Numbered from the stretch's first letter, positions 47,505 through 58,411 are shown. The stretch is DNA of 64,000 nt from Prasinococcaceae sp. CCMP 1430 (GCA_013416795.1 RQSC01000021.1:1-64000); one strand, 5' to 3'. Numbers and translations are program-made. Notes: generated by a model not told the origin, from the letters alone.

Positions 47505-50500
47505 TCACCCCCGATGATGCGGCGGATGATGCCTCGCCTGCTGGTCTTGCTCTGAGTGTCGCGGCCCGTGGTGCTGCTGCTGACGTTGATGGACCTCCTG
47601 CCATTGGTGGCCATGCTGCTGCTGATGGGCCGGCTGCTGCGGGGCCGGCAGCCGCGGTGCATACCGCTGCGAGTAGTGTTGCGTGCGTGACGGTGGGTGC
47701 TGCAGTTGTGGGTGCTGTTGCTGCTGCGCAGGGGGTGGCACCTGCTGCGGCGCACGCTGCTGCATTCCTGTCTGCGTGGCCCTGAGCGCAGCGTCGGCGC
47801 CCCCAAGCAGCTCGGGCAAGGGCGCGAAAGCGCCGCGTTCCTTGGCGTGCGCGATGAAGCTACCCCACGTCTCGCTCGCCTCGAGCGTGCGCGCGTTGCC
47901 TAGCACAAGCAGGCACTGCTTGGGTCGCGTGATGGCCACGTTCATGCGCCGCACATCCGCTAGAAAGCCAATGCGCTTCGATGCCGCCGCGCGCACGCAG
48001 GACACGATGACGACGTCTCGCTCCTGCCCCTGGAATCCATCCACCGTCGACACGCTCACATGGTTGAGGATGTCCCGCCCGAAGGCCTTGACGAATGTGT
48101 CCTTGAGGCAAGAGAGCTGGGCTCTGTACGGCGTGAGCACGCACACGGACGTCCCTGCGGGGGTGCAACGTCGCAGCTTGTCATACAGCTTCGCTGCAGC
48201 GTCGGCCTCTTCCACGTTCTTCACCGATGCGCCGCCGCGCCTGTCTTCCCTGCCAGCAACGTCGACAAACATCATAGGGGAAAATGGAACGCGCGCGGTC
48301 GCAGTCGGTCGGAGCGTGGGCAGTACTGGCAGAGGCTTCGACAGCTCGCCGTCCTCAGGCGACTTCTTCAATGCCGCCTGCTCCACAACTGCCTCAGACG
48401 GCCCGAAGAGCGGCGCGCGCTGTAGCACATTCAGCCCGTCGCGTAGCTTGCCTTGGTAGAACAGCTCAGAGGGGTACTCGCTGATGAGCGGATGCATGCG
48501 GTACTGAGTGTCGAGCATGATCACTGGGCTCCCCCCTTGCTGCAGGCGCTGGAACAAGGACCTGTCGAGCTTGAGTCTGCCTGCGTGCGTGGATAAAACC
48601 GTAGCGGGCAGCTGCCTTGGGTCGCCCACCATGATGACATTTGAGCAACCGGCGAGCAGAGGCTGCAGGCACTCGACCTCTGAGGCCTGCGCGGCCTCGT
48701 CAATCACGATGGTGTCGAAGGATGTGGCGAGCGATGAAGTGGCATCCTTCACAAGGTGGTGCACGCTCCCGGAGAGGGTGGCGAAAACGATCTCTGCCTC
48801 TCGCGCGAATGAAAGCTCGAGCTCCTCGCGCTTAGCGCGTATCTGTCGGCCATCAGAGCGAGCGGACACCTCGCCCGCGATGATCCAGCGCTTCAGTTCG
48901 AGTTCGGCCCGATACTTCTCTTCGTCCAGACGGGCCAAATCCTGAAGCCTCTTGTCGAGGCTGTGCCGAAAGCTAGGGTTCGCCTTCTCGATTGGCGACA
49001 TGTGTCCCATTTGCCTGAGCAGGAGTGTAAGCTCGTACACATCCCGTTTGAGCCTCTCGACTATCATGGCCTTCTCCTGTCGCCAGTGGGCCTTCTCGTG
49101 ATCGCTTATGGCGAGGAATGTGTCCGCCTTCGTGCCCGTCGCGAAGCGCTTGGCAAGGTCGGAGACTTTATCTCCCATGCCCATGCGCGCTACCGCGGGA
49201 TCGTATCGCCTACCCTCGCCGTCCATAAAACCCTTCTGGACCACGCGGTTCACGAGCTCGTCGCATGCTGCGTTCGAGGGCGCGCATACCAGCATCTTTG
49301 GTCGCCGGACGCGCAGCTCGGCAGTGGATTGCTGCTCGTCGAGCTGGCCGAGGATCCGCGACATGCGCCCCCGGCCAACCTTGGCGGACGGCGATACCAT
49401 GCTCACGGCATCATTGCTCGGCGAGTCAGGCGCGCTGCTCGCACGTTCATCCTCGCCCGCCAGCGACGCATATCTCGCCAGGCTAGATTTGAAGAATTGC
49501 TGGAAGCGAATCCAATGCAGCACGTTGAGGATGCCCCATACAGTGTGCGTCTTGCCTGTGCCTGGCGGCCCCTGGATTAGCGTGAATGGCCAACGCGCAT
49601 GTTTGTCGCTCTCTGCGCCCTGCGCGGGTACTGTTGCGCCCGCGCCTCCGAAACCCAAGGCGTGCGCGTCGCCGCTTCCATTCCCTTGCTGCATGAGCTG
49701 TGCGCGATGTGCATGCTGCGCTGTGTGGTCCGCCGAACCCTTCACCAGAATCGTTTTGCGCGCCGCCCAACGAATTGCCAAGAGCTGCGTGGCGTTGAAA
49801 GTGCTTTCGAGAAAATCGAGGAACATGGGTGTGCACGCGGACTCGAGAGCGGGCGGTGCATCAGTCTCGGCAGGTGCATGAGCCGCGACAGTGGCGGCTG
49901 GCAAGAGCAACGCCTGCACAACGTCGCGGTCCATTCGTGACATGCCGTGCAGCGCCTCCCACTGGCGTTTCTCAGGCACCATGTCTTGACCCTCGAGCAA
50001 GATCCAGTCGCCGGCAGCGCCCTTCGGAATATCGCCACGCAGAGCGAGCGCGTCGGGCGGCAGGCTAAGCAGCCCACGCGAGGCGAAATTGGCTCCCGTG
50101 TGCGCGACGCTCTGTCCATCAGTGCACACCTTGGGGATCTCCAACAGCACCTTGTTTGTTGCGCTGACCTCGCGCTTGTCCGGTAGGAGACGAAACGATG
50201 CCGCTTGACCTAAAGTCGCACCGTAAACAAGGCGATGGTCGGCTTCAACCCCGCCACTGCCTGCCGCGCCCTCTTGCCGCCTGTTGCCTCCCCGCTGGCC
50301 AGAGGCATTCGCCGCCATGCTCTCTAGCTCATCGCGCGTTATACGGCCCTTGTGCAGGGCCACGATGGTGCCCCCCCCCTGGTTGTAGAAGAAGGGCTGG
50401 TCAAGCTCGACGAGCAGGAGCATAGGCTGGCTGTCGTCGCGGTGGATACCGAGTGCCCCAAGGTCCTCCCGTCCCGGACTTATCACGCGCATGGATTGCA

Positions 50501-51401
50501 CGCGCCATCGCTTGCCCGAGTCCACCGTATCAAGCAGGTCCTTTCGCAGACTCTCGCGGCATTCCTCAAGAATGACGTCCGAGAAAGCGTCGGTATACTG
50601 CCGATGCGAGCGGAACTCGCCACCGAGCTCGCGAACGGCCGGGTCTGGGCCGTCGCGCCAGAGGTCGCGGCGCAGCACGTGGCGAGCAAAGCCGAGCGGT
50701 TGCTTCATAACCTCGTCGCGCGCGGCATCCACGCCTGCTTGCACGCCGTCGCGCTCACTCCGTTTCTGTGCCCGGATGGGAGGCTCGCTGGGCGTATCTT
50801 GCCTGCGATTCCTGACGGCGTGCTTGCGGGACGCGGCGATGGCGCTGCTCAGGACTTCGCCGGCAGGACTCGCCATCGCCGTCGCATGGGCGGCGAGGGA
50901 CGGCTGAATGGGAGGCAACCTGCGCGCACGCTTCGGCTCTGGGCGGCGCGCGTGCGAGGGGGCGCGCACATCATTCGAAGCTCCGACCAAAGCCGCTCGC
51001 CGCCCCGTTGGCCGCTGCGGCGCTCGGCCCTGCGCTCGTGGTTGCTCAGCTTGGCGAGGAGCGGAACCACTGCGCGCCACAGCATCCCGTGCGTCGCAGC
51101 GCTGGCGCTGCCCCTCTCGCTCGGCGTTGGCCTCCCTTCCTCGCTCCTCGGCAGCAGCAGCGAGCTGTTGAGGAGTGACATCGTCGACGAGATCAATGAG
51201 CTGCCCCGTGCGCCTCGCCTTCTCCAGTTTCTCGGCCTCGATGGTATGCACGTCCTTCACCTGCGCGACCGTGACCTCGTCGGCGGCGTTGGCATTCCCG
51301 TCCGTCCCGGCCGCCCCATTACGGCTCTTGACGGTCTTGTTCCGTGCGCGCTTACGCCCGCCCGCCGCGTCCGCGAGTTGCTTTCTCCCGGCGCCGCTCA
51401 T
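47505..51401 (-). CDS. Sen1/senataxin-like SF1 helicase with a Q/H-rich tail
   Basis: LIQGPPGTGKT, LVCAPSNAA.DE, IDEAAQ, VGDP.QLP, QYRMHP, TVDGFQG.E.D and RRMNVAITR motifs. Confidence 0.9.
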   Translation of the reverse strand: MSGAGRKQLADAAGGRKRARNKTVKSRNGAAGTDGNANAADEVTVAQVKDVHTIEAEKLEKARRTGQLIDLVDDVTPQQLAAAAEERGREANAEREGQRQRCDARDAVARSGSAPRQAEQPRAQGRAPQRPTGRRAALVGASNDVRAPSHARRPEPKRARRLPPIQPSLAAHATAMASPAGEVLSSAIAASRKHAVRNRRQDTPSEPPIRAQKRSERDGVQAGVDAARDEVMKQPLGFARHVLRRDLWRDGPDPAVRELGGEFRSHRQYTDAFSDVILEECRESLRKDLLDTVDSGKRWRVQSMRVISPGREDLGALGIHRDDSQPMLLLVELDQPFFYNQGGGTIVALHKGRITRDELESMAANASGQRGGNRRQEGAAGSGGVEADHRLVYGATLGQAASFRLLPDKREVSATNKVLLEIPKVCTDGQSVAHTGANFASRGLLSLPPDALALRGDIPKGAAGDWILLEGQDMVPEKRQWEALHGMSRMDRDVVQALLLPAATVAAHAPAETDAPPALESACTPMFLDFLESTFNATQLLAIRWAARKTILVKGSADHTAQHAHRAQLMQQGNGSGDAHALGFGGAGATVPAQGAESDKHARWPFTLIQGPPGTGKTHTVWGILNVLHWIRFQQFFKSSLARYASLAGEDERASSAPDSPSNDAVSMVSPSAKVGRGRMSRILGQLDEQQSTAELRVRRPKMLVCAPSNAACDELVNRVVQKGFMDGEGRRYDPAVARMGMGDKVSDLAKRFATGTKADTFLAISDHEKAHWRQEKAMIVERLKRDVYELTLLLRQMGHMSPIEKANPSFRHSLDKRLQDLARLDEEKYRAELELKRWIIAGEVSARSDGRQIRAKREELELSFAREAEIVFATLSGSVHHLVKDATSSLATSFDTIVIDEAAQASEVECLQPLLAGCSNVIMVGDPRQLPATVLSTHAGRLKLDRSLFQRLQQGGSPVIMLDTQYRMHPLISEYPSELFYQGKLRDGLNVLQRAPLFGPSEAVVEQAALKKSPEDGELSKPLPVLPTLRPTATARVPFSPMMFVDVAGREDRRGGASVKNVEEADAAAKLYDKLRRCTPAGTSVCVLTPYRAQLSCLKDTFVKAFGRDILNHVSVSTVDGFQGQERDVVIVSCVRAAASKRIGFLADVRRMNVAITRPKQCLLVLGNARTLEASETWGSFIAHAKERGAFAPLPELLGGADAALRATQTGMQQRAPQQVPPPAQQQQHPQLQHPPSRTQHYSQRYAPRLPAPQQPAHQQQHGHQWQEVHQRQQQHHGPRHSEQDQQARHHPPHHRG

Positions 51402-52076
51402 GCCTGCCCGCGCCACTGACACACCCGGTAAAATAGGCCAGCCCAATCCGGGCCTCCGCCCCACGTGCGTGTGCAGGACGCCCGCCCCGTCGGGGCGTGC
51501 CTCTCCCGACCGTCGCACGTCTCCCCGTCGCGTTCCGCGTCTCTCCCTGGCCCCCGCTCTCCCCCCTCCCGCCGGCGCCGCGCGGGGTGTGCGCGGCCCG
51601 CGCGCGCTCACCCCAGCGCTGCGAGGCGCCGAGTGAGTAGCAGGCGGCGCGACGCCGGCGGGGAAGACGGTCGAGGAAGAGGGGCGCGGGGCGAGGAGCC
51701 CCCCGGCGCCAGCGCGCGGTGTGCTCCTCACCACGTGACCGTGGAACACCGCTCTGTCCGTCCGTACTCTCGGCAGCTCTCAGAAAGGGACGCAATTTTT
51801 GCTTGCATTTTGATGGAGGGTTTGGCGAGTGCGTTGTGATGGCTTGATCCGCACGGAGCGCGCGCGCATGCCGCGCGCGGGCGCGTCGGCGCGGGCCTGG
51901 CGAGCGGCGTGGCAGACGGCGCTCTCGCGCCTCGACCGCCTCCCCTCCGCACTTCGCTCGGCCCGCCCCCCTCCAGCGCGCGTGGAGAGGCTCAAACTGC
52001 TGCGCGCCCTTCGCGCCTTCTCCTCACCCCTCGAGCGCGCGTGTGCTTGTGTGAGCGCGCCGCGCAGACATCGGCG

Positions 52077-53353
52077 ATGGCGGGTAAGGGCACGGGCGAC
52101 GGGGGAGGCAACGCGACCGCGGTTGCCTTGACGCCAAATGATGAGGCACTGCAGCAGGCCGCGCTCGCAGTGGTGCGGCAGTGCATGGGCGGCGAGGGCT
52201 ACAAGACGGACGCTGAGGCTCGCGCGGTGTGCCCCGCACTCGTCGCCATGCTTGGCGAGAAGAGCGTCGGCGTGCGGCGAAATGCCTGCGCAGCGCTCGC
52301 CGCGCTCGCTGGGTGTCATGGCGCAAGCAAGGGATGCGGGGGAGCGCTCATGGAGCTAAAGGCGCCCGCAGCGGCTGCCAAGTGCTTGGCTGATGGAGCG
52401 GAAGCCCGAGACGGCCCGCTCGCAGCAAATGCAGCGCAGGCGGTTGCTGCGCTCGCCAATGTGGTCGGTGCGTGACGCCGGCCGACGAACCGAGACCCCT
52501 TGCACGGGAACGCGGCACGCACGAGTGCACTATCGTCATGTCTGCGTCCGTTTGTGTGCGCGCGATGACGCGCGTGTGTGCACGTATGAGGGAGAGGTCT
52601 TCATACTGTGGCGGCCAGCGCTGACACTTGCGCGTGTGCGCCTTCCCGCGGTCATTTGCGTTCCGCCCCACCCGCCCATCTGCGCACCCCACCCGCAGCG
52701 GACGGAGCTAGGGCACTGGTGGAGGCAGGCGCGCCCGCCGCCGCGGCGGCGATTGTCGCGGCTGCAGTCGCCGGTGGTGAATGGGAAGCTACCGGGGACG
52801 CCAACGAAGCTGCCGAAATGTGCGCGGGCGCTGCGATGGATGCCGTGTGCGCTATCGGCGCGGCCGACGGACTCGCGCACCACGACGCGCTGCTTGACGC
52901 AGGATGCGCCGAGGCTGCTGTCGACATGGTGGTAGCCATGCTCGGGCCGGCGGCTACCATGCAGGCCTTGGTGCGTGCGCCTGCAACGGCGCCGGTGCGC
53001 GCATTGCTATGAGCCGCTTCATCTCAGTTTGTCGACTCGAAATCGTGTTCGCTCATGCATGCCTGACTCACTGCGCCCGTACCCAGGTGGCGCTCGGCAT
53101 GCTCATGAAGCACAAGCGCGCGCAGCGTGCTGCGTTCGAGCGGAATGATGGCACGCTGCTGCCCACGCTTCTCGCCATCCGCAAGGCGCCGGGTGCAGGC
53201 GATGCTGGCGCGCTCGCCGCGCAGCTCTTCTCTGGGCTCGCGCAGCTGGAAGGGGGCAAGGAGCGTGTGGCCGCAGCGCTGCGGGCCGACATGAAGTCCA
53301 CTGCGGCAGCAGAGCAGGACAAGGCGGCCAAGGAGGACTACACCTTCGTCTAG
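52077..53353 (+). CDS. ARM/HEAT-like repeat hypothetical protein; introns 52468-52698 and 52971-53086
   Basis: Helical repeats (VCPALVAML...VRRNACAALAALA). Canonical splice sites join three ORFs. Confidence 0.65.
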
Positions 53354-53388
53354 ACCCCTGCAAACGCTCCAGTAGTGAGACAAAATTT

Positions 53389-55221
53389 TTAGAGCTTCGC
53401 TTGAGGGTCAAATTCCCTCTGGGCCATTTTCGTGGCCAGGTCGGCCATGATCTCCTCCGAGCCACCGTAGACGGCCATGAACTTGTACGCCCTCCCGATG
53501 CGCTCGATGTTGGCGCCCATGCCCGTGCGCGTAATGCCGCGCCCGCCGAGGATTTGCACGGCGTGGTCCTGAACGTTGTGCGCCGCACGCGTCGTTTGCA
53601 GCTTGAGCAGCGCGATGGGACCGCCCAGCTTCTTGGTCTGCTCCTTGTAGGTCATGTGTTTCATTTGGTAGGTGAGAGCGTCGAGCGTGTTCTCCACGCC
53701 CTCAACCTCGTAGGTCATGTGCGCGAACTTGTTGCGTATGACTGGCTGATCAATGAGCTGCTTGCCGAAGACAGTGCGCTGGTTAGCCCATTTGTACGCA
53801 TCGGCAAGAACCAGTCGGTTCATGCCCTGCGCGATGCACGCGATCATCCACCTAGGGGGGGGGGGGGTAGTGGTGGTGGGTGCAAGGGCGAGGGGCATCG
53901 AGGAGGTTTCCGAGTGGCGGAGGGGTGGCGGGAGGTGGCCGAGCAGTTCAAGCGGAGCGAGCGCGACGCGAGACAGCGAGCGCGAGTCAGCGAGCGACCC
54001 CCGGGACGCGCGCTTCCCACTGGGGGATCCTGTGGAGAGGTCGCGCCGGCTGCTCCAGATCAACAGGAAAGCACACTGAGCCTTCCGGGGCTTGCCGCAC
54101 CTCTCGTGGTTGAAGTTGGCCATGATGCAGCCGAAGCCTTGATCCAGCGGGCCGATGAGGTTCCGCGCGGGCACGACGACCTCGTCGAAATCCACCCACG
54201 CGGTACCCGCGGCAGGCGAGTAGGACGTCTTGATGGGCTTGGTTTCCACGCCCATCGAGCGCTCGATGAGCAGCAACGAGATGCCCGCAGTGCCCTGGCC
54301 CTCGGTGGTGCGCACGGCCGTCACGAAATAGTCGGCGAAGGTACCGTTGGTGATCCACTTCTTGCTGCCGGTGACCACGAAGTCGCCGCCGGCATTGCGA
54401 CGCGCAGTCGTGCGCAACGCCTTGACATCGCTGCCGGCGAAGGCCTCGGATATCGCCAGGCAAATCACGGCGTCTCCCGAGAGGACCTTGGGCGCTACCT
54501 CTTGTTTCATCCAGTCGGGGCCAAAGTGCAGCACCGGCGGGAGGCCAATGACCAGCCCTGCGCCAATGCCGTCCACGAAGCCCGGGCAGCCGAGGCGGGC
54601 GCTCTCCTGGTGCACGAGCATTTCGTGGAAGTAGTCGAAGCTGGCCGAGGGCACGCCACCGGGCAGTTTGATGCCCATGGACTCCACCATGGCGAGGTGT
54701 GGACCTGGACCGATGCGCGCGGCCAGGATGCCGGCGGCGCCCATCTTCTTGTAGAGCTCACGGGCGGGCGGCTTGCCGGCCTCCTCGAACATTTCAACCT
54801 GATCGCGCAACTCACGATCGAAGAATGCGCGCGTGGCCGTCTGGCACGCGGCGTGCGAGTCGTTGTAGTACGGCGAGCGCCAGCCGCGGCGGAACGACTT
54901 TTCCGCGTACGGGCCCGGATCAATCGCGCCCTCCTGGCGGCCACGTTCGATGGGCGTCTCGCCCTCGACAACTCCAACGACGTACTTGTCGCCGCTCTTG
55001 CGAAGGATGTCCGCCTTGTGGTTGGCGAAGAACTCCTGCGTCGCGTCGCGCCCTGCCATGGCGAGCAGCACCACGCGGCCTCCCGGGTGAAACTTGGCAA
55101 ACTTGGTGAGGTCGTATACCCGTCCCCCAAGGATGACCCAGAGGCTCTCCGCTGTCGCGTGCCGCGCGACCTCCGCGCGGCTTATCGTCGTCAACCCGCC
55201 CATCGCGGCCGCTGCGGACAT
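53389..55221 (-). CDS. Cytochrome b5 - acyl-CoA dehydrogenase fusion with PTS1 (AKL); intron 53852-54100
   Basis: VYDLT.F...HPGG and DAT.EF (b5 domain). CLAISE..AGSD, G.KKWITNG, NFNHERW, R..FG..L..Q and GGSEEIM (ACAD domain). The protein ends ...QAKL*. Confidence 0.92.
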   Translation of the reverse strand: MSAAAAMGGLTTISRAEVARHATAESLWVILGGRVYDLTKFAKFHPGGRVVLLAMAGRDATQEFFANHKADILRKSGDKYVVGVVEGETPIERGRQEGAIDPGPYAEKSFRRGWRSPYYNDSHAACQTATRAFFDRELRDQVEMFEEAGKPPARELYKKMGAAGILAARIGPGPHLAMVESMGIKLPGGVPSASFDYFHEMLVHQESARLGCPGFVDGIGAGLVIGLPPVLHFGPDWMKQEVAPKVLSGDAVICLAISEAFAGSDVKALRTTARRNAGGDFVVTGSKKWITNGTFADYFVTAVRTTEGQGTAGISLLLIERSMGVETKPIKTSYSPAAGTAWVDFDEVVVPARNLIGPLDQGFGCIMANFNHERCGKPRKAQCAFLLIWSSRRDLSTGSPSGKRASRGSLADSRSLSRVALAPLELLGHLPPPLRHSETSSMPLALAPTTTTPPPPRWMIACIAQGMNRLVLADAYKWANQRTVFGKQLIDQPVIRNKFAHMTYEVEGVENTLDALTYQMKHMTYKEQTKKLGGPIALLKLQTTRAAHNVQDHAVQILGGRGITRTGMGANIERIGRAYKFMAVYGGSEEIMADLATKMAQREFDPQAKL

Positions 55222-55811
55222 CGTCAGCGGCGGCGCGCGCGACGGGGGGCGCGCGCCGAAGAGAGGTGAGAAGCGGGACGCTCCCACAAGATCTTTCTGC
55301 GCGGCGAACGGCGCCCACGGCGCATCTGTGGCGCCGTCCCCGTTGCCCTCCTTCCCCCCGCGCTTCCCCAACACCCTCCCCCTGACGACAGCCGCGGCCC
55401 GCGCTCCCTGCCGGCCGTGTCACGCTGACGGGGCGCGCGCCAACCACCGCACTCGATTTGATGGCGATACTACACCCTACTTTTTTTCGAAGCAACCACA
55501 AACAAGGCCTCGACCCAAACCCATGCGCCTTTGGGCGCGCACAATCCCTGCTGACGTGGCGACCGTGGCGCCAACAGCGCAGCAGAGCAGCGCCGCCGCT
55601 GCTGCTGGGTGCGGGCGGGGCGGCGGGGGGGCGGCACAGCGTGCGCGCGCGCGCGGTGTGGGGGGAGGGATTAAGAGGGGTGGGCGCTGAGAGGGGGGGG
55701 GGTGCAGGCTGGCCTCGGGCGGGTGGCCAAGTGGTGCTGGAGGCGGGGTGGGACCGCCGTGGGACTGCCGCGCGGCGCTGTGGGACTGGGACGCCTTTTT
55801 TCGCGCGGGAG

Positions 55812-57533
55812 ATGATATCGGCAATCGCCGCTGCGCCAGCGGCGAGCGCGCCGCGCCGCGCGGTGACATGCGCGCGCTGTAGCGGCCGCAAGAGCAAGAA
55901 GGCACGTCGCGCGCGTGCCGCGGCGTCGGAGGACGGCGTGTCGGGCAACGGCGAGACGCACGGTCACCATCTTCCCGAAAATCAGGGTGTGACGATGGAT
56001 GTTGTCGCGAGCGACGAGGGCCAGTTCCCGAGCGCCGCCAAGGATTTTATGGATCATGCAAGGATGGTCGCAGACGATGTCTCGCACGCAGTCGATACTT
56101 CGAACGCACACGGGTCGCACGAGCACCGCAAGGGGCTCGTGATCGGTGAGGGGACAGACAAAGTCATTCTCGGCGTTCCTTCAGGCCACGGCCCCGACAA
56201 GCTGCGTGAGCTGTACGCGCCGTACGACGAGGATGCCATCGAGGCGGACGTGAAGAGGTTCAAGCGTGACTGGGTGCGTGGCGCCAATGTGCTGTTAGCA
56301 TCACGGCGCCTGGACGCCGCGACACGGCCATTACGCGGCGCACGGGCGCTCGAGCTCACCCTGGATGCGCGTTCGGCCCTGCATCCCTCGCCCCTGGCTG
56401 GAATTCGCGCGACCTCATCTGCCCGCTACCACGCGCATACGCTCTGCGCGTCTGTAGGTGTACGAAAAGACCTTGTTCAACCTCCAGACTGAGCTGGTGA
56501 AGCTGCAGGAGTGGGTACGCGCGACCAACGCTAAAGTTGTGATCATCTTTGAGGGCCGCGACGGGGCTGGCAAGGGCTCGACCATCAGCCGTATCACCGA
56601 CGTTCTCTCCCCGCGCATCTGTCGCGTGGCGGCGCTACCCAAGCCCAACGAGCGCGAGCAGACGCAGTGGTACTTTCAACGGTACGTGAGCCATCTTCCG
56701 GCAGGTGGTGAGATAGTGCTGTTCGACCGCTCCTGGTACAATCGCGCGGGCGTCGAGCACGTGATGGGCTTCTGCAGCCAGGAGGAGTACGTCGAATTCA
56801 TGCGGTCGTGTCCCGAGTTTGAGCGCATGCTGGTGCGGTCGGGCATTATCCTCCTCAAGTACTGGTTCAGCATATCGAACGACACGCAGGAGGAGCGCTT
56901 CGTCAAGCGACTCACGCACCCACTCAAGAGGTGGAAGCTCTCAACGATGGATCCCATCAGCCGCTCAAAATGGCACGACTACTCGCAGGCCAAAGACGTG
57001 ATGCTCCGTTACACGGACATTCGCCAGGCGCCGTGGACCATCGTGCCCTCCGATCACAAGAAGAGCGCGCGCCTCAACACTATCGCCGACATCCTTCGCC
57101 GGATTCCCTACAAAGAGGTACCGCCCGAGCACGAGCTCACCAAGGTGCGCTGCGCGACTGACGGGGCAGCCGCGTCGCCATGGCTGAGGCGTTTGTGCAG
57201 CTTCATGCGCGCGCTCCCCAGACCACACCTAACGCCCTCTGCGCTGAACCCGCGCGTGCGTGCGCGCGTTCGCGCGCCCCTCGGGCCACGCAGGATGAGC
57301 TGATCGCAATGCGGGCTCCCGACGACGCAGGCGTTGGCTACATGCGGCCTCCGATGGAGGACCAGGCGTGGGTCGAGCAAATCTATACTCCAGACGATTT
57401 GGCCCACTCGTACAAGGAGAAAAAGGCTGAGCTCAAGATGCTGAAGAAGCTCAAGAAGAAGGTCAAGAAGGAAAAGAAAGAGAAGGTAGAGGTGGAGGAG
57501 GAGGAGGACGAGGAGAACCTCGCCAAGCATTAG
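55812..57533 (+). CDS. ppk2: Polyphosphate kinase 2 (class I, PA0141-like) with a transit-peptide-like N-terminus; introns 56274-56457 and 57145-57293
   Basis: Y...L..LQ.ELVKLQEWV, FEGRD.AGKG..I, E..QWYFQRY..HLP..GEIVLFDRSWYNRAGVE.VMGFC, KYWFSIS, WKLS.MD and D.KK.ARLN.I motifs. Confidence 0.95.
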
Positions 57534-57805
57534 TGCGCTGGGTCACCGGGCGCGGCAGGCGCAGATCTCCCGGCTCGGGAGTCGAGGCGTCTGAACAAGG
57601 GCGCGCGCAGTAGTTGTCGGCCGACATATGCAGCATCGGCACGATCGCAGCGCTCGCCACCCCATCGGCAGCCCAGGTGCGCCGAGGCGTCGCTCGAGAC
57701 ACACACGAAACTAGATTGCGTGCGAAAGCTGTACGAAAGCTATATATATCGCGGGGCGGGGAGATTATTAATTTACCGCTCTACACGCACACAGCGTGCC
57801 GTTCT

Positions 57806-58411
57806 CTATATGTCGCCGCCGGACGCCTCTCTCGCTCGCCTGGCCTCTCGCAACCGCTGCCGAACGGCGTCATGGCGCTTGCGTGCCTCGGTGCCGCGTC
57901 TCCGCCGCGCAGCGATCTGCTCGGCGAGCGCGCGGTGTGCTGCCTGCTGCTCAGTGTCGTTCGAGTTGCCACCCGAGTGGCGCGCGTGGCCACCGCGTTG
58001 CGCCGCCGCGCGCTCGCGGTGCCACCGCAGCATGCGCTTGCTGTCCTCGCTCAACCCGGGGAGGTCGTCCTCGAAGTTGAGCTGGTCTGCCGAAGCACCG
58101 GCATAGACGCCGCTGCTGCCGCGGCTGCTGCCAGCGCTGGCGGTTCGCAGGCCTTCCCACATCGGCCCGGACGTCATGGCCTGCTGTCGGCGCCCCTCCC
58201 GCTCGATGGCGACGACAGGATCCTGGTCGCGCACTGACTTGTACGCGTCATCGGCGATGCGCGCGAGCGCGCGGAGGCCAACCGTGCGCAGCACGCCGCT
58301 TGCTGCGGCCAGGAAACGCGCGACAAGCCTGAGCGCGTACTCGCGGTGCAGGCAGTAGAATATCAAGAGCACGCCGAACAGCTTCGCCAGCGAGAGCGTC
58401 GAGAGCAGCAT
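57806..58411 (-). CDS. Hypothetical protein with an N-terminal hydrophobic helix
   Basis: ATG in GCCATG context, an N-terminal TM-like stretch and a charged helical C-terminus. Confidence 0.5.
   Translation of the reverse strand: MLLSTLSLAKLFGVLLIFYCLHREYALRLVARFLAAASGVLRTVGLRALARIADDAYKSVRDQDPVVAIEREGRRQQAMTSGPMWEGLRTASAGSSRGSSGVYAGASADQLNFEDDLPGLSEDSKRMLRWHRERAAAQRGGHARHSGGNSNDTEQQAAHRALAEQIAARRRRGTEARKRHDAVRQRLREARRAREASGGDI

Noticed and set aside
53401-55269. Long antisense ORFs (also 32560-34272, 6797-8161, 14313-15635 and 36396-37616)
   Set aside because: Shadow frames of real genes in high-GC codon usage, with no recognisable motifs.
56458-57144. PPK2 as bacterial contamination
   Set aside because: It has two canonical introns, matches the flanking composition and is contiguous with eukaryotic genes.
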